A stretch of DNA of 64,000 nt from Moniliella sp. 'wahieum' (taxonomy: Eukaryota): positions 124,001-188,000 of the forward strand of contig RSEE01000078.1 of the NCBI GenBank assembly GCA_003971905.1, in the 5' to 3' direction. Each line of letters starts with the position of its first letter. Position 1 is the first letter of the stretch. Shown one piece after another: positions 61,828 through 64,000 of the stretch. Made by a program: the position numbers and the translations under genes. The notes below the pieces were generated by a model that was not told the DNA's origin, did not search any database, and saw only the letters and a program-made list of their open reading frames with translations.

Positions 61828-62910
61828 ATGCTCTTCAAGGCCAAGACCGACATTCCTGCCGACCAGCCTGTGACGCGCTCGGCAGCCGCCACGACAGCTG
61901 ACGCTTCCCCCGGGGCCGCCGCGGGCCAAGAACCACTACCGGGCTATGAAGTGCCAAGTGGAGCGGGCACAGATACTCGTCCGCCGCCGCCATGGCAATC
62001 GACCGAGTTGAGTCCGACGCCGACCAAGGCGCAGGGACCCCATGGCAGCCGGGCTCAAGACGAGGCCTGGTCAGGCCCTCCCTTGGGTGTGGACCAACGT
62101 TATATCCACGATACCACCACCCTCACCTTTCGTCCGGTCAAGTCACCCCTGTCGAAAGGAAAGTGGGTCGCTATGGTACGTGCTGAGCTATTGGCCTTGG
62201 GTGTGTTGCACCTCTGTCCTGCACCTGCCTGACTGACCTCCTGCTCTTCTCAGGACAAAGATACCAATACCACCTTGTTTGAAATGCACTCCATTGGCAA
62301 TTGGGCCACGCTCTCGGCCAAAAAGAGGCTCACTAGGGTGGTGGGGGAACCGGTCAGTGACGAGCAGGTCAAGGTTGTGCGATCTGCTACATTTTCAGTC
62401 GAGGACAGCACGTCGGGAAAGACGGTGCTGTATCTTCGTCGAATTGGCCAGTTGGGGCAAATGTCGGGTCAGCCGTTGGTGTACTTGCGACTGTACGATG
62501 CCTACGCGCCCGGCGGGGTCAAGCCCCTGTTTCAAATCACGATGCCAGATGCCGATTCGCCCAACCACAAACCTCACCTCTACCTCAACTTCTCCAACAC
62601 GTTGCATGGCGATGGCAACGTGGCTGCACCGACGACGATCAAGTTGGTCAATGCCGAGTGGGCGGATCGCTGGGCCATGCACGAGGTTTCGACCAAGCAT
62701 TGGATTGCCCAGTGCTGGCCGACTCAACATGCCATCCTATCCCGCATCCCCCTTTTAGGTTCGGATACCCTGACCCTCCGCACTGCTCCTAACACCGACT
62801 TGCTTCTTCTGGCCACCGTTGCGTTTTGCAAGCTGGAGGCGGACGCTGAAATTCGGGATACACTTCGCCTGCGCGCCTCCGAGGCCGACATGGGCAATGT
62901 TGCTATGTAA
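61828..62910 (+). CDS. Hypothetical protein, LURP-one/Tubby C-terminal-like
   Basis: Two exons (intron 62176-62253, GTACGT..CTGAC..CAG) in phase; LPGY motif, GVDQRYIHDTTTLTF, beta-rich core and terminal LRTAPNTDLLLLATVAFC helix. Fold assignment is inference. Confidence 0.7.
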
Positions 62911-63527
62911 GATAGATGGGCATGGGTAGCGCCAACGATCGGTTCAGCTGGCGCCCTCGCTCCTCCCCCCCCCCCCAAGCTCACGTTCATAATGGACAAT
63001 CGCCCGTACATACATCGACTTTGCCCTCCCACTCCACCCCCCTTCTCTAACTCTCGACCCAGCTTCGCCTCAACCAATCCGCGGATCCCCCAGGCGAACT
63101 AGGTTTGTTGCGTGCTACGTGACGTGTCCGCCCCATCTGTGGTAGATGCGGTCGCGAAGCGGTCGAACCCAGCCCACCTATAGGGTCCCATTGCACAGCT
63201 ACAGGCAATTAAGACCATGCCGAGGGCGCTCGCCTCACTGACCACCATACTTCACTTCCTATCTCCGTCCCATGGTTGGGTCACAATGCATCGAAGAAGT
63301 ACCTACAACAAGGATGATTGGCGCCACTCATGCTGGGAGTGGTACCCAGCTTGGTGGCAGGGGGGCAGAAGGTGAGGAACAAGACAACAAGACTTAGGCA
63401 CACGTATATAGCAACAGAGAATGCCGCCCACTCCAAGTCCCCAAGGAGGGGAGAGGCGAAGATGGGAGGAACGGGAAGAAGGAAGAAGGAGAAGGAGGGG
63501 TGCCAACTGAGCTTCCGCTCGGGTCGG

Positions 63528-64000
63528 TCATGGGTCTCGCACATAATTGCCTGGGAAGATACCCTGGACGCCATTCACCACTCCGGTCCACCAATCGTCC
63601 GCCGAGCCGGTCCGCTGTACCACTTGGATCCGATCCCCCGCCGAAAACGTAAGGTCGCCTCGGCTTGGGCCGTGTAGTCATACAGCGCAACCACATACTC
63701 GGCAGCAGGCTCCATGCCTGGCTTTTTGCTCGGGATCGGCGGGGGTGCCTTCTTGCCCAGGGTACTGCCACTGCGTCCGACGGCAGCGCCACCCCTTTGC
63801 TAGGTGCATTGGCGGCCATGCCATGGGCGCTGCCGCCGGCGCGGGACGCCGGTCCGAGCGACGCCCCGCCTGGCTCAGCACGCGGACGGGATGCAGCCGG
63901 CTGCGGATGGACAGATTTTCCAGCTGCTCCGTCACATCCCCCATCGCCGCCTGGTAATCGGACTCGATCTGGCCATGGGCCACATTGAGTTCGTATCTGC
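63528..64000 (-). CDS. RVS167: Rvs167/Hob1 amphiphysin-like BAR-SH3 protein, 3' part
   Basis: BAR-end-like [22 protein letters not shown], Ala/Pro linker, then SH3 [50 protein letters not shown]. Confidence 0.82.

Noticed and set aside
1..64000. Programmed frameshifting or RNA editing as the cause of broken ORFs
   Set aside because: Shifts are scattered through unrelated genes with no shared slippery motif; sequencing indels are the simpler explanation.

Overview
Gene-dense, GC-rich eukaryotic DNA from a fungus, probably a basidiomycete (inferred from protein motifs and short GT-AG introns with CTRAC/CTAAT branch points). Nearly every conserved gene carries several single-base frameshifts, typical of an unpolished long-read assembly, so CDS coordinates are gene spans rather than intact ORFs. 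About 22 protein genes are recognisable: SAS10/UTP3 (5'-partial), an orphan 3-exon gene, a DHA1 MFS transporter, CSL4, COX11, amidohydrolase-3, DRE2, a secreted Ser/Asp-rich protein, an LtrA-family membrane protein, CWH43, an FR47-like GNAT, an ABM-domain protein, a PPS1-like phosphatase, a putative mitochondrial helical-repeat protein, DAK1, ARC18, an F-box-like protein, a PMP3/Sna-family proteolipid, a GCK-type Ste20 kinase, a Pro/Ser-rich protein, a Zn2Cys6 factor, a LURP/Tubby-like protein and RVS167 (3' part). Signals the ORF track misses: an 863-bp solo LTR with a perfect 5-bp target-site duplication; a candidate box C/D snoRNA inside an intron of an apparently non-coding transcript divergent from CSL4; the spliced orphan gene with a GC-AG intron between degenerate direct repeats; a splice-dependent PPxY versus CCV C-terminal switch in the PMP3/Sna gene; recurring quasi-palindromic word clusters in intergenic DNA; and 14 consecutive minus-strand protein genes. 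No prokaryote-type system, CRISPR array, tRNA or rRNA was found.
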